Source: Octopus vulgaris (Eukaryota). From it: 64,000 nucleotides of DNA. The position numbers and the translations under genes were made by a program. A model generated the notes under the pieces. The model searched no databases and was not told where the DNA came from. It worked only from the letters and a program-made list of their open reading frames with translations. Positions 1 through 12,243 of this stretch are shown piece by piece (position 1 is the first letter of the stretch; each line of letters opens with the position of its first letter). The stretch is taken from positions 25,854,001-25,918,000 of the forward strand of contig OX597831.1 in the NCBI GenBank assembly GCA_951406725.2. Direction: 5' to 3'.

Positions 1-1071
1 GAAAATGAAAAGTTCTACCATTCATGCTATTCCCAATAACATTAATCATAAAATTCGCATCCACAGAGAGTCCAATGGATTTTAGCTATTGAGACATGAA
101 TGTTCAGTGTTAAATGCTTGCCATGGTCAGTTTGGTTAATTAGTAATAAAGATGCTTTCCTTTAAATTTAGACATTTTTGTCAGTAGTATCTTTATTAAA
201 TGATATATGTGATATATTCAATTAGAAGTAGGTCAATTTTATTGCCTCTGTTTAATGTAATAGGAATCATGGATAAGATGTGTGCACAATTTATCTTTTC
301 TTCATTTCAAAAGTCACTCATTGTTGCTATTGTTGCTTATGAATAAATTCCTGATTTTATGAAATAGTAAAGCAAAGCTAGCATTGTTATAGCTTCTACC
401 TACTTCAAATCAAATATCACTTCTTCAATTTCATTATAATTCTTTTCATTATTCATGCTGTAATGTGAATTATATTTTCTATTATCACTATGACATAGAT
501 TTGCAGACTTGCATTCGTCAACTTATTTATTACCTCTCATTCTCTGAAGAAGGGCACTGTCCAAAATTTTCGAGTTCTCTTATTCTTTCTTATAGCACAT
601 TAAATGACGTTGTCCATTTTCAAACTTAACTGACACTTATTTCCTCTCCTTGTTCTCCTTGAATCTGATTGATTTTGTTGTTCCTGTGCACTGTGCCATT
701 GTGATGAGGAAATTAGTTGTATGGGAAAATGTGTATTTCAGTGACACACTACCACTGACACATGCCAAGTTAGCATTCATAATTCTAATACATCATCCTC
801 AACACTTTCGTCTCTGGTTTAATCAACTTACGATGACAGTTTGATACACAACTCAATTCTGCAGCCAAGGATTTGTCATCTTAAGTTGATTGAGCTGGAG
901 AGAATAATGATGACAATTTATGATAAACAAGCAATATGAATGTTAACTTGATGTTTATCTGAGAAAGTGTGTCATTCAAACGTACTTTACCTGCCAGTTT
1001 CCACATCACAGTGGAATAGTGCACAGGAACCACAAAATTTATCTTTTATGTCCCCTAAAAGTAAGGTTAGA

Positions 1072-1265
1072 GGAACATTTTAAAGCTATGATTTGTGACA
1101 AGGCTGAAAGACATCAGGCATGGCTGATAATTTTTCAAGGAAAAAGAGAAGTCACCAACCCTTGTGGAACATTTTAAAGCTATGACCTGTGACAAGACAG
1201 CAGGACATCAGGTAAGGCTGATCAATTTTGAAGGAAAAAGAGAAGTTACCAACCCATGTGGAACA
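1072..1265. repeat. 94-bp tandem duplication (2 diverged units plus the start of a third)
   Basis: GGAACA recurs at 1072, 1166 and 1260; both units share GGAACATTTTAAAGCTATGA, TGTGACAAG, GACATCAGG and AAGGAAAAAGAGAAGT.ACCAACCC.TGTG. Confidence 0.9.
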
Positions 1266-1426
1266 AAGTCTAAATAATAGATAAGGAGCAACATTAGAAT
1301 ATAAAACTGCCTAATGAACCAGTTTGACCATACAAATAAAGTTTGGCTTAAAAAACCTGCCACAAGTACAGGAAAACATCAAGCATGTAATAGCTGAAGA
1401 GGGATTTGCCAGTACTTTGTAAAGAT

Positions 1427-1565
1427 TCATTTCAGCTGGGTAGCTTAAAGTAATATAAAATAAAATGTCTCGCTCAAAGATATAGTACACTGCCTACTCT
1501 AAGAATTGAACCCATGACCTTGTAATTATGAATGCAACACATTAACCATTAAGCCATATACCTTC
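1427..1565 (-). mobile_element. Degraded tRNA-derived SINE head (family C, head 1)
   Basis: Minus strand reads TGAAGGTATATGGCTTAATGGTTAA...GGGTTCAATTCTT and aligns by eye with the head of the 1886-2209 copy. Confidence 0.55.
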
Positions 1566-1787
1566 ACCTGAAGGAGTTTGCTTTCCAATCTGGCATAGGA
1601 AGGACAGGTCACAGACTGGGACCAGTTCTTATTTGGAGTTATTGCCTTCCAAGATGGACTGGAGGACCCTAATGCCTTTGTATGGTGTGCTTTTGTCATG
1701 TTTTCTACAGTATGTTACTCTTTCTATCAGCAAACCCTTTACAAAGTATAATGCATGTATTTTATCATGCAACAGTACTAGTAAAGT

Positions 1788-1828
1788 TGTATGTATGTAT
1801 GTATGTATGTATGTATGTGTGTGTGTGC

Positions 1829-1884
<56 letters not shown>
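1788..1884. repeat. Compound microsatellite (TATG)n-(TG)n-(CT)n-(TA)n
   Basis: Direct reading; lies at the 3' end of the adjacent minus-strand SINE. Confidence 0.95.
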
Positions 1885-1885
<1 letters not shown>

Positions 1886-1886
<1 letters not shown>

Positions 1887-2209
1887 GAGCACTCCATCGG
1901 TTACGACGACGAGGGACCCAGCTGATACGATCAATAGAACAGCCTGCTCACAAAATTAATGTGAAAGTGACTGAGCAATCCACAGACACATGTACCCCTA
2001 ACGTAGTTCTCAGGAAGATTCAGTGTGACACAGAGTGTGACAAGGCTGGCCCTTTGAAATACAGGTACAACTCATTTTTGCCAGCTGAGTGGGCTGGAGC
2101 AATGTGAAATAAAGTGTCTTGCTCAAGGACACAACACGTTGCCGGGAATCGAACTCACGACCTTACAATCATGAGCTAAATGCCCTAACCACTAAGCCAC
2201 GTGCCTTCA
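1886..2209 (-). mobile_element. tRNA-derived SINE, octopus OR-like (family C: head 1 + CORE-like segment + tail 1)
   Basis: Minus strand has A box TGGCTTAGTGG, B box GTTCGATTCCC and CORE-like GTGTCCTTGAGCAAGACACTT...CACTCAGCTGGCAAAAATGAGT. The tail TTGTACCTGTATTTCAAAGGGCCAGCC...CGTCGTCGTAACCGA is shared with 43206-43590. Confidence 0.9.
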
Positions 2210-2645
2210 TTCATATATATATATATATACATAACAATATGTGTGTATGTGTGTACGTATTGGTGTATGCTAATTGATTGACGTTGAGATTTACTAATTC
2301 ACATTTTTATATCTTTGACAGTCACAAGGAAATAATTGACAGTTTTGACTACTCTTCATTATTCTCTTCCTTCTCTGAAACATTTGCAATATATATATAT
2401 ATTTACTCTGGGTTTCAGTGCAGACACAAGTACAGTACATGCATGTACACAGACATGTATGGATAAGAGTGTGTGCATTCATGTTTTTCTCTAGTTTTGA
2501 TGCTTTTGTGCTGATTGTAAACAAACCCACCAGTCACACAAATGTATTCTTTTATTCTTAATGTAATCTTTAGCACAAATATGTCCAGTCATTGACATTG
2601 AGTTGTTTGTTGTTCAAAGTCTTAGAAGAAAATTCCCTGACAAAT

Positions 2646-3296
2646 AGGCATAGGAGTGGCTGCGTGGTAAGTAGCTTGCTTACGAACCACATGGTTCCGG
2701 GTTCAGTCCCACTATGTGGCACCTTAGGCAAGTGTCTTCTACTATAATCTCAGGCCGACCAAAGCCTTGTGAGTGGATTTGGTAGACGAAAACTGAAAGA
2801 AGCCTGTCGTATATATGTATATATATATAAGTGTGTGTGTATATGTTTGTGTGTCTGTGTTTGTCCCCCTAGCATTGCTTGACAACCGATGCTGGTGTGT
2901 TTACGTCCCTGTCACCTAGTGGTTCGGCAAAAGAGACCGATAGAATAAGTACTGGGCTTACAAAGAATAAGTCCTGGGGTCGATTTGCTCGACTAAAGGC
3001 GGTGCTCCAGCATGGCCGCAGTCAAATGACTGAAATAAGTAAAAGAGTATATATGTATGTATGTATGTGTGTGTGTGTATGTTTGTGTGTCTGTGTTTGT
3101 TCCCCCAACATCACTTGACAACTGATAGTGGTGTGTTTACGTCCCTGTAAATTAGCAGTTCGGCAAAAGAGACCGATCGAATAAGTACTAGGCTTACAAA
3201 GAATAAGTCCTGGGGTAGATTTGCTCGACTAAAGGCGGTGCTCCAGCATGGCCACAGTCAAATGACTGAAACAAGTAAAAGAGTAAAAGAGTAAAA
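2646..3296 (+). mobile_element. Family A SINE (2646-3049) followed by a tandem second copy of its 3' half (3050-3296)
   Basis: A box TGGCTGCGTGG, B box GGTTCAGTCCC, internal TA/TG tract, tail ending CAGTCAAATGACTGAAA.AAGTAAAAGAGTA. The microsatellite-to-tail half occurs twice. Confidence 0.93.
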
Positions 3297-3537
3297 GGGT
3301 ACTTGGAAACAGGTGGGGATTGGCAACAGGAAAAGCATCCAGCCATAGTGAAAAAAAAAATCTCTCCAAACAAGTTCCATCTAACCCCAACAAGCTGGAC
3401 GATAAAAAGATGGTGGTTCCGATAGTGTTGATAATGATGCTATATATGCATATTATTAATAAAAGTATTCACCATAAGTGGGAAGTTGTTGAGGGTGAAA
3501 GATAATGCAAGTAGTATAAGACAGACATTAATGTTAA

Positions 3538-3758
3538 CCCTTTAGCATTTAAACCGGCCATATCCGGCCAAAAGTATTTTGCCTGTTTTATGTTCAAACT
3601 GGCCGGATCTGGTCTCTCACACCAACCCTACAATATTGTTTTAAAAATTAAAAGTTACCTCATCAAAATCTCAAAGCTACGAGATAATGCATGATTAGTT
3701 CAAAACAGTGTGGATGAAAAAGCATTCATTTTGGTAGAATAATGCGAACACTAAAGGG
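3538..3758. mobile_element. piggyBac-type MITE
   Basis: TTAA at 3534-3537 and 3759-3762; termini CCCTTTAG...CTAAAGGG; homologous copies at 37584 and 40328. Confidence 0.88.
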
Positions 3759-4016
3759 TTAACTGAGTTTACTGGTTTCAGATAATGGTTATAATTAAAA
3801 TCGTGCCGGATTTTCTTTTCTTTTTTTTTATATTTTTATAGACGCACTTTTATTTTTTGTTTTTTGTCTTTTGTTTTTTTTTCTTCTTTTATTATCGGTT
3901 TCCTTATTTGAATGTTTTTGCATTTCCAACCATTATGTCATATGACGCAAGCTAGACTGGAAAAGGTGAGAAAGGTTAGGACTTATAAATAGAAATTTTA
4001 ACTGAATGTGTGTTAC

Positions 4017-4059
<43 letters not shown>

Positions 4060-4284
4060 TAAACATACACATGTCGACACAGGCAGACATACATATTTCT
4101 GTGTTTGTATGTATATTTGTGACTAGATATATTTGTATGTGTGTGAATGAATTAATTGTTAGAAACAGAAACCAATAACAAAGATTTTAATATCATCTAG
4201 AAAAGGAGAGAGTCCAACAGTATCAAAATACAGTAAAAGTGGGAGGTTTGGGAGAAAGAGAATAAAAGCAGTATTCGAGGGGGA

Positions 4285-4547
4285 AAAGAGATAGTGAGAG
4301 AGAGTGAGAGAGGAAGGGAAAGAGAAGAGAGAAATAGTTTAGGCATACTAAAGAGAAAGAGACTGATTAGCCTCTTGAAAGCTGTTGAGACTCGGATTGA
4401 AATAAAATTGGTTGTGTGTGTGTGCATATTTGTGTATGTGTGTGTGTGTGTGCATATTTCTGTGTGTGTGTTTGCTATGAGTGCAAGAGAGAGAGAGGGA
4501 GAGAGACAGACAGATAGACAGAAAGATAGATAGATAGACAGACAGAC

Positions 4548-4578
<31 letters not shown>

Positions 4579-5013
4579 GACAGATAGACAGATAGAGACA
4601 GAGAACAGAGAGAGCTTGTATATATGTATGTACAGCTTTTCTGTAGAGCGGGAGACATTCTATGTGTACTTGCATGCTTACAGAGGTGTGTGTGTGTGTT
4701 TGTGTAGTTATACTGGGGGAGAGAGAGAGAAAGAGAAAGAGAGAATGGGACAGATATAAACTAGAAAGGAATGTATATATATATGTGTGTATGTGTGTGT
4801 GTGTTTGTATATATATACACATACATATGTATATATGTATATATATATATGTATATATATAAACATACATATGTATATATGTATATATATATATACATAT
4901 GTATATATATACACATACATATGTATATATGTATATATATATATATATACATATGTATATATATACACATACATATGTATATTTAGATAAGTATATATAC
5001 ACATATATATGTA

Positions 5014-5052
<39 letters not shown>

Positions 5053-5207
5053 CATATATATATATATATACATATACACATACATATGTATATATACATA
5101 TATATGTACATATGTATATATATATATATAGATATGTATATACACACACGTATACACACGCATAATTGTATGCTAAGTGAGGTAGAGAGAGAGAGAGAGA
5201 GAGGGAG
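4285..5207. repeat. About 0.9-kb compound microsatellite field (GA, TG, GATA/GACA, TA, TACA)
   Basis: Direct reading; it explains the YIYI/VCVC/ERER ORFs in this interval. Confidence 0.95.
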
Positions 5208-5962
5208 AGTTATTCGTCTTCTCAGGGTTACAGTATCTGTCTAAATGTTTATTGATTGTTGAATATTTGTCCTCTTTCTCAAGCAAATTTCATTATAGTG
5301 TTTTCAAGTTTTACTATACTTTATGAGCCTATCTTGTTTTCCTATCTCTTCTGTCATTCATTTCTATCCATCATCATCATCATCAACATCGTCATTTTTT
5401 TTTTTACCCTTTGGTACTCTTCTTTCTAGTTTCCTTTGTATCATTTTCTCTGATGCATTTTACTTTCATGTTATCCTCTGTCCTGCTGTTTCTCACTTCT
5501 TTTCTTCAATTTCTTTTTCATATTTTTCAACAGCATTCTCTATTTTTCTGTCATTCTCTTGTATTCCGATGATGTTAGGTTGATAACCATGGAAACAAGC
5601 AACAAGCAGTGTTGTCATCGTAGACTATGCACAAAACTACATACAGATCTCAGGAATTTCTGCATGCGAGAATATATTCATTTACATAATCTTCCAGCTT
5701 AATAAAGTTGAATTGGACTACAATCCTATTCATGTTTTCAGAAAGAATATGCCTTATTCTATTTGTTGAAAGATGCATTTTTCTAAATAGAAAGCTTCAT
5801 TGTTAATGACCTTTTGCATTGCTCTTCATTGTGTGGGAGTGCATGCATATGTATATGTGTGTGTGTATGTGTGTGTGTGTGTGTGTGTGCAAGATACTCA
5901 CACACGCACTTAATATATTTGGTTATTTCTTAAGATTAGAGATTAGTATTAAGGCATAAATA

Positions 5963-6501
5963 TTAGGTTGTCCGGAAAGTTTGTGCCGATTTTTAAAGGA
6001 AAGAACAAGGTCAATAACTACTTGCCATTACATTTTTAATCAACCAAATATGAACCATTTTGTTGCACAATGCATCTCCATCTTTCTTTTAACTTGAAAA
6101 TACCCTCTTCCCAGAATTGAGGTGGTTTCATGGCAAAGAATTCATCAAGGTATCTTTTTACGTCATCCAAGTAATTGAAATTTTTACCATTAAGACTATT
6201 CTGCAGAGCAATATCTGGTGAATATGGATGGTGGGATAACACATCCCAGCCAAGCAGCAGCAATTTTTGTCTGGTTCCTAAAGCATCAAGTGCCGAAAAT
6301 GAACTTTCTTATCTTCCATTTTAAGGGGTTACATAATTAACACAGGTTATAAGAATATAAACCTTCTTCCACGAAAAGATAGCTTAAACTGTGCTCTAAA
6401 TGGAGGTGTAGTCAAATCCTATTTTAAGGACTCAACCATGTTCTAAAATAAGTCGAAAGGTAAGCTACTATAAACCAGCACGAACTTTCCGGACAACCCA
6501 A
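5963..6501 (-). mobile_element. Internally deleted mariner (DD34D-type) non-autonomous element
   Basis: TA flanks and TIRs TTAGGTTGTCCGGAAAGTT / AACTTTCCGGACAACCCAA. The minus strand encodes MEDKKVHFRHLML joined to LGWDVLSHHPYSPDIA...GIFKLKERWRCIVQQNGSY, a mariner C-terminus with a YSPDLAP-type motif. Confidence 0.93.
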
Positions 6502-6770
6502 TAACTACCAGAGTTGAATGTTGCTAAATATTCTACCACTAAGAGAAGTATTGGGATATTTATATTTGTATGGTGATTTATATCATCATCATTATCTGCC
6601 CTTGAAATGAATTGCTTCTGAAGGACATATCTCCCTGTAATACCACATGGTAACCTCAGGTTGACCAAACAACATTTGCTAGATAGCACCAATAGAAAGA
6701 TTTAAAGTTCTTGTTTTTTTTTATTGAAGAGTGAATTTATCTTTTTTTTTGTTTTTCACAGAAAAAGGGG

Positions 6771-6902
6771 ATCATCATCATCGTTTAATGTCCGCTTCCC
6801 ATGCTAGCATGGGTTGGACGATTTGACTGAGGGCTGGTGAACCAGATGGCTGCACCAGGCTCCAATCTTGATCTGGCAGAGTTTCAACAGCTGGATGCCC
6901 TT
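6771..6902 (-). mobile_element. Family D LINE 3' end, 5'-truncated
   Basis: (CAT)n-CGTTTAATGTCCGCTTCCCATGCTAGCATGGGTTGGACG...CAGCTGGATGCCCTT, shared with the other family D copies. Confidence 0.85.
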
Positions 6903-7049
6903 AATGTTTTTATTTTCAATAATAGCATTTAAATACATAGAAACAGGAAAATGGAGAAATAAGAAAGAAAAGAAAAAAGGGAGTGGCAAAGCAGCAGGAG
7001 GTGGAGGGCGGTGGTCTACAAATGTTACTGTAGAGAGGTAGTAGATGAA

Positions 7050-7552
7050 ATTGGCCCGCATCATGCAGCTTTAGCATGAGTTGATTCCCCCAACATGCTG
7101 CCGCTTTGAATGACATAATCAAAAGGGGCCCTGTCACAGCCAGCTACCTGTCTCAGTTTGAGCCAGCAGATCTCGACAGTGGAGATAGTATGACCCTGAT
7201 GGAGTAATCCTCTTCCCATTTGAGAGAGGCAGATTTCTAGTCTGGGATGCGATGTATTGCGACATGTTCTCTGGCTCCAACCTTACTGCATTGACTCCAA
7301 ATCTGGGTGTCACTGCCCATAACATGAAAGAGAGAGAGAGAGTGAGAGAGAGAGAGAGCGAAATCAATTAATACAGAGTCCTGACCAGCTGTTATCAGTT
7401 TGTGCCAATCACTGTTGAGACATCAGGTGTTCTAGGATTCCATACTACCAATTTCCTCTGCAAAATAGGGATAATAGCTGTTCATCAGAGAAATAAGCCC
7501 TACGAGGTGGAGTAACTGCTGCAGTGCCATTGGCCATTCTCTGTGGCAACAC
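7050..7552 (+). pseudogene. Fossil C-terminal restriction-like endonuclease region of a CRE-clade non-LTR retrotransposon
   Basis: Manual translation across frameshifts gives HAAALNDIIKRG...FEPADLDSGD / PDGVILFPFERGRFLVWDAMYCDMF...YQFVPITVETSGVLG...LAILCGN. This matches the recalled CRE pattern RH..LND..EP..RPDG..LVWD..FVP.AVET.G..QRGN. Confidence 0.8.
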
Positions 7553-7591
7553 CATAGTGAATTAAATCATTTCCTTGCAGAGGAGGGGGTT

Positions 7592-8023
7592 TGTGGTAAG
7601 TAGCTTGCTTACCAACCACATGGTTCCGGGTCCAGTCCCACTACGTGGCACCTAGGGCAAGTGTCTTCTACTATAGCCTCGGGCTGACCAAAGCCTTGTG
7701 AGTGGATTTGATGGATGGAAACTGAAAAGAAGCCCATCGTATATATGTATATATGTATATATATATATACGCAGACACACATATATATATATGTATGTAT
7801 GTGTGTGTGTTATGTTTGTGTATCTATGTTTGTCCCCCCAACATCACTTGACAACCAATGCTGGTGTGTTTACGTCCCTGTAACTTAGCAGTTCAGCAAA
7901 AGAACCTGATAGAATAAGTACAAGGCTTACAAAGAATAAGTCCTAGGGTCAATTTGCTCGGCTAAATGCAGTGCTTCAGCATGGCCTCAGTCAAATGACT
8001 GAAACAAGTAAAAGAGTAAAAGA
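7592..8023 (+). mobile_element. Family A SINE (first bases missing)
   Basis: Collinear with 2646-3049. Confidence 0.92.
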
Positions 8024-8178
8024 CTAATAATGGTATAGTTTTTACCTGTGTATATTGTTTTGGTAGTTGTGGTTATTTACATATATCTGAAAATGCATGT
8101 GCATGCAAATATAAATATTTTTTTTACAACTACAATTATAAGATTAAGGTAGCTGAGAATATAAAGACTTGCAATATT

Positions 8179-8401
8179 CCTCTCAACTAATGGTATCATG
8201 CCTGAAGTTTTTGGGTAGTAGGGTAGTCAATTACAGCAACTCCTCCACCTGCCATGCTCCAGTGGTACTTATTTCCATGACTCTGAAAGGATGAAAGGCA
8301 AAGTCAATCTTGGCAGAATTTGAACTCAGAACTCGAAGACAGACATAATGCAACTGAGTATTTTATCCAGCATACTAACAGTTCTGCCAGTTCCCTGCCC
8401 T
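8179..8401 (-). mobile_element. Family B SINE
   Basis: Minus strand has GAACTGGCAGAACTGTTAG...GAGTTCAAATTC...GCCTTTCATCCTTTC. Flanked by an imperfect 18-bp TSD ATA(A/C)AGACTTG(C/T)AATATT at 8161 and 8402. Confidence 0.85.
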
Positions 8402-8430
8402 ATACAGACTTGTAATATTAAATATGAAAA

Positions 8431-8643
8431 CAGGGCAGTGAACTGGCAGAATGGTTAGCATGTCAGGTGAAACACCTAGAGGCATTTCATCCATCTTTAT
8501 GCTCTGAGTTCAAATTCCACTGAGGTTAACCTTGCCTTTCATCTTTCCAGGTGAATAAAATAAGTACCAGTTTAGCACTGGGATCAACATAATTGACTTA
8601 CCCTTCCCCTGAACTTGTTGATCTTGAGCCAAAATTTGAAACT
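8431..8643 (+). mobile_element. Family B SINE (tail type 2)
   Basis: GGCAGTGAACTGGCAGAATGGTTAG, B box GAGTTCAAATTCC, AATAAGTACCAG; TSD TAATATTAAAT at 8413 and 8644. Confidence 0.87.
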
Positions 8644-9439
8644 AATATTAAATGTCAAAATTACGACAAAGAAAAATATATGCAAATAAATCTTTTAGAT
8701 AAAATTTAAAGTTTATTATTAGAATGTGTAAAGTAATATTAGTTTGAAATCTAATATGAAGTATTAATGGTTTGATGTTTACTTTCCTAATATATATGCT
8801 ATTATCAAAAAAATTGTACTAAAAATTTCTCATTGTATTCTTCATATGTCTTTTCGGCAGATAATAACAAAAGCACAATTTTATATATGAATATAACAGC
8901 TTCCAGAGCTGTTTAAAACTGTGTTATATAAAACACGTATATCTCTATCTCATCGTATATTGAGAATGATAATACAATATTAGTTAGGATAACTAGAAAA
9001 AAAAAGCATTTATAGAAACAAACTAGATATACGTGTATGTACATATACGCACTCATGCACACACACAAACACACACATACATATGTTTGAGGGTAAAAGC
9101 AAATGAAATAAATACCAAAATGTAATGCATATTTATTTGTATATTTATTAGCATCTGTAAAGCTACATAAGTGACTCAAGGACCTAGACTTGCTCATATA
9201 CCTTTACAGATAAAGTGTGTATGTGCTACACCATTTCCATTTCTGCAAAGCTATATATACATATACAGGTATATATATATATATATAAATACAACACAAG
9301 GAAAATAAGTATGAAAACATTTATTGTTTATTATATTATATTATATTATTATAAGAATATAACATTATGCTCGTAAATTTTCATTTTGAATTGACAATTG
9401 TAAATCTCCATTTTCTTTCCACATTCATACATACATACA

Positions 9440-9502
<63 letters not shown>

Positions 9503-9516
9503 ATATACATATATTG

Positions 9517-9843
9517 GCCCCCGTGCCGGTGGCACATAAAACGCACCATCTGATCGTGGCCGTTGCCAGCCTTGCCTGGCCCCCGTGCCGGTGGCACGTA
9601 AAAAGCCCCATCCGTCCGTGGCCGTTTGCCTGCTCCGTCTGGCTCCTGTGCGGGTGGCAGGCAAAAAGCAGACAACTACACTCACGGAGTGGTTGGCGTT
9701 AGGAAGGGCATCCAGCCGTAGAAACACTGCCAGATCAGACTGGGCCTGGTGCAGCCTTCTGGCTTCACAGACCCCAGTTGAACCGTCCAACCCATGCTAG
9801 CATGGAAAGCGGACGCTAAATGATGATGATGATGATGATGATG
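9517..9843 (+). mobile_element. Family D LINE 3' end with about 2.5 internal hairpin repeat units and a (GAT)n tail
   Basis: Units CCCGTGCCGGTGGCAC.TAAAA, then AGGAAGGGCATCCAGCCGTAGAAAC...CATGCTAGCATGGAAAGCGGACG-(TGA)n. Confidence 0.9.
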
Positions 9844-10547
9844 TTATTATTATGTTAATATATTGTATGTCTAAATTTGACCAGATGTGTTCTTTTTAAT
9901 GTTTATTTCTCCTTGTTCCCTCCGATCCCTATGTTCAGCTATACCCTCTTCTCCTCTGGGCCATTTCTATTGACACCCATCACCTACTCTTGCCTTTATC
10001 TAATTGCCCCTCCAAATGTTGTCTGCTCCCACTACTGCCAATCACTCATCTCATGCCCACCATTTTCATCACACTCTTGCTTCTTACATTTGTCTTTCAC
10101 CCACCCACCCACCCAGTCAGGTCTATCTGATGATTTTGGTTTCTTGTTTATAACAAAACAAGAGGAAAAAGAAAAGGAGAAGGGGAAAAAGAGGGAAGCT
10201 GCATGCATAACACATCACTTACAAGTAGCGCTAAGGCTGTGCCAGCACACACGACATTGAGACATGGCCAACTTCATGCACTTCCTTTGAGGAATTCTGG
10301 AAGGAGCTTTGTGAGACCACTGCTGAGAGGCTTCCAAAAAAACAAAGAAAAGCCGTTGGAAACCCGATTATAGCAGTGACTCCATCAATTCCTAGGGATA
10401 TCTGAAGAAGGAATTTTATTCCAAAATATCATATCAGACTATGGATGATTAATTTACAACAGTTATTATAGTCCATTGCTGTGTTATTAAAAAAATTTTA
10501 TTCTTTACAAACAATACACAGTGCTTCAAGCGAACTACAATACTCTC

Positions 10548-10687
10548 CTATCTATATATGGATTTATATATATATATATATAACTATGTTTATATAGGGA
10601 TATATATAAATGGATTTATATATATAAATATATTTATAAACGATATGTATATATATGTATAGATATATATAAATATATTTGTAAATA

Positions 10688-10744
<57 letters not shown>

Positions 10745-10991
10745 CAATAATAATAAAGGGTAAAATTAATTAATCAATCAATAATTAATAATTTTACCAA
10801 GTAGTTCGGTTTGTTAAAAGAACCATTATTGGTAACCTTATATAAAAATTCTATAATTATAATTATAATTATAATTATAATTATGCTTATAATTATAGAA
10901 GTTTTGTATATATATATATGTGTTTATATATATGTATAAACATATTTATATATGGATATATATAAATCCATATATATATATACATATATGG

Positions 10992-11042
<51 letters not shown>

Positions 11043-11090
11043 TATTGTTTTTGGACATATGTATATATAAATCCACACATATATGGGTTT

Positions 11091-11134
<44 letters not shown>

Positions 11135-11190
11135 TAGATAGATAGATATATAGATATATATCTATATGGATACACACACACACATATAAC
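10548..11190. repeat. Degenerate (TA)n field with an embedded non-repetitive island (10742-10910)
   Basis: Direct reading. Confidence 0.9.
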
Positions 11191-12012
11191 AGAATAAATC
11201 TCTCCCTATAAATCAACTCGCCATAGTATATAAAACTGCTTATTTAAATTACTGTTTGACACAGAAAATACATTTTTGGCTGCCGAAAAAAGCATACTTA
11301 CCACCTAAAAAATTTCAAGTCATTTCCAACTTATCTGCATAGTCATGCACACAGGTGCACACACATTCATACACACACACACACATACACACCTCCATAG
11401 ACACTTATATATATTCTTTTCTCCAAAACTTCTTCCAATTAAATTATTGCCTTCTGATAATATGTAAAACTCTGAGAGAGAGAGAGAGAGTTGTGAAAGA
11501 TAATTGTTTTGTTTTTTTCTTGTTGTTGATGTTCATATTATTCTAACATCACTGTTCTATTAATGCCCTTCAGGAGTTATGAAGTACATTTCTATTTCTG
11601 CACGCTTCTTACAGAAAACGTGGCTGCAGTGTATCCAGTACCCTACTGCTGTCATTTGCTTCTTACAGCCTTATGTATCTGCTCCTGGATGGTTAAGATA
11701 ATTAATGTGTGTTGATTACGATTATTGAATCATTCTACATATACACACATCCATATTCCTTTATTCTTGTATGCATTTCAGCCCAACTGCTGTGGCCATA
11801 CTGGGAGCACCACCAGTATATATGTGTACTTTATTAAGCAGATATATATATACATATATATATACAAAATAAGGAAATTGCATCGCAATTCTTAACATTT
11901 ATGTATTAACTTTGTTGGGTGCTTTACTAGCAGTATATTGGATTCATGTTATCCCATGGTGGGTTGCACTCACAACCCCTATCTCAATTTGTAATTATAT
12001 ATATATATATAT

Positions 12013-12243
12013 ATTTCTTTACTGCCCACAAGGGGCTAAACGTAGAGGGGACAAACAAAGACAGACAAATGGATCAAGTCGATTACATCGACCCCAGTGC
12101 GAAACTGGTACTTAATTTATCAACCCCGAAAGGATGAAAGGCAAAGTCGACCTCAGCAGAATTTGAACTCAGAATGTAACGGCAGACGAAATACAGCTAC
12201 ACATTTTGCCCGGCGTGCTAACATTTCTGCCAGCTTGCTGCCT
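12013..12243 (-). mobile_element. Family B SINE (tail type 1) inserted in a TA tract
   Basis: Reverse complement is collinear with 15139-15368; (TA)n on both sides. Confidence 0.92.

Noticed and set aside
4197-5244. Many overlapping ORFs up to 224 aa (also at 10924-11216, 44310-44742, 57454-57750 and 59424-59777)
   Set aside because: These are translations of TA/TG/GA microsatellites (YIYI, VCVC, ERER), which lack stop codons by construction.
10195-10375. GC-richer stretch with a short open frame as a possible exon
   Set aside because: No recognisable domain and no convincing splice-site pair.
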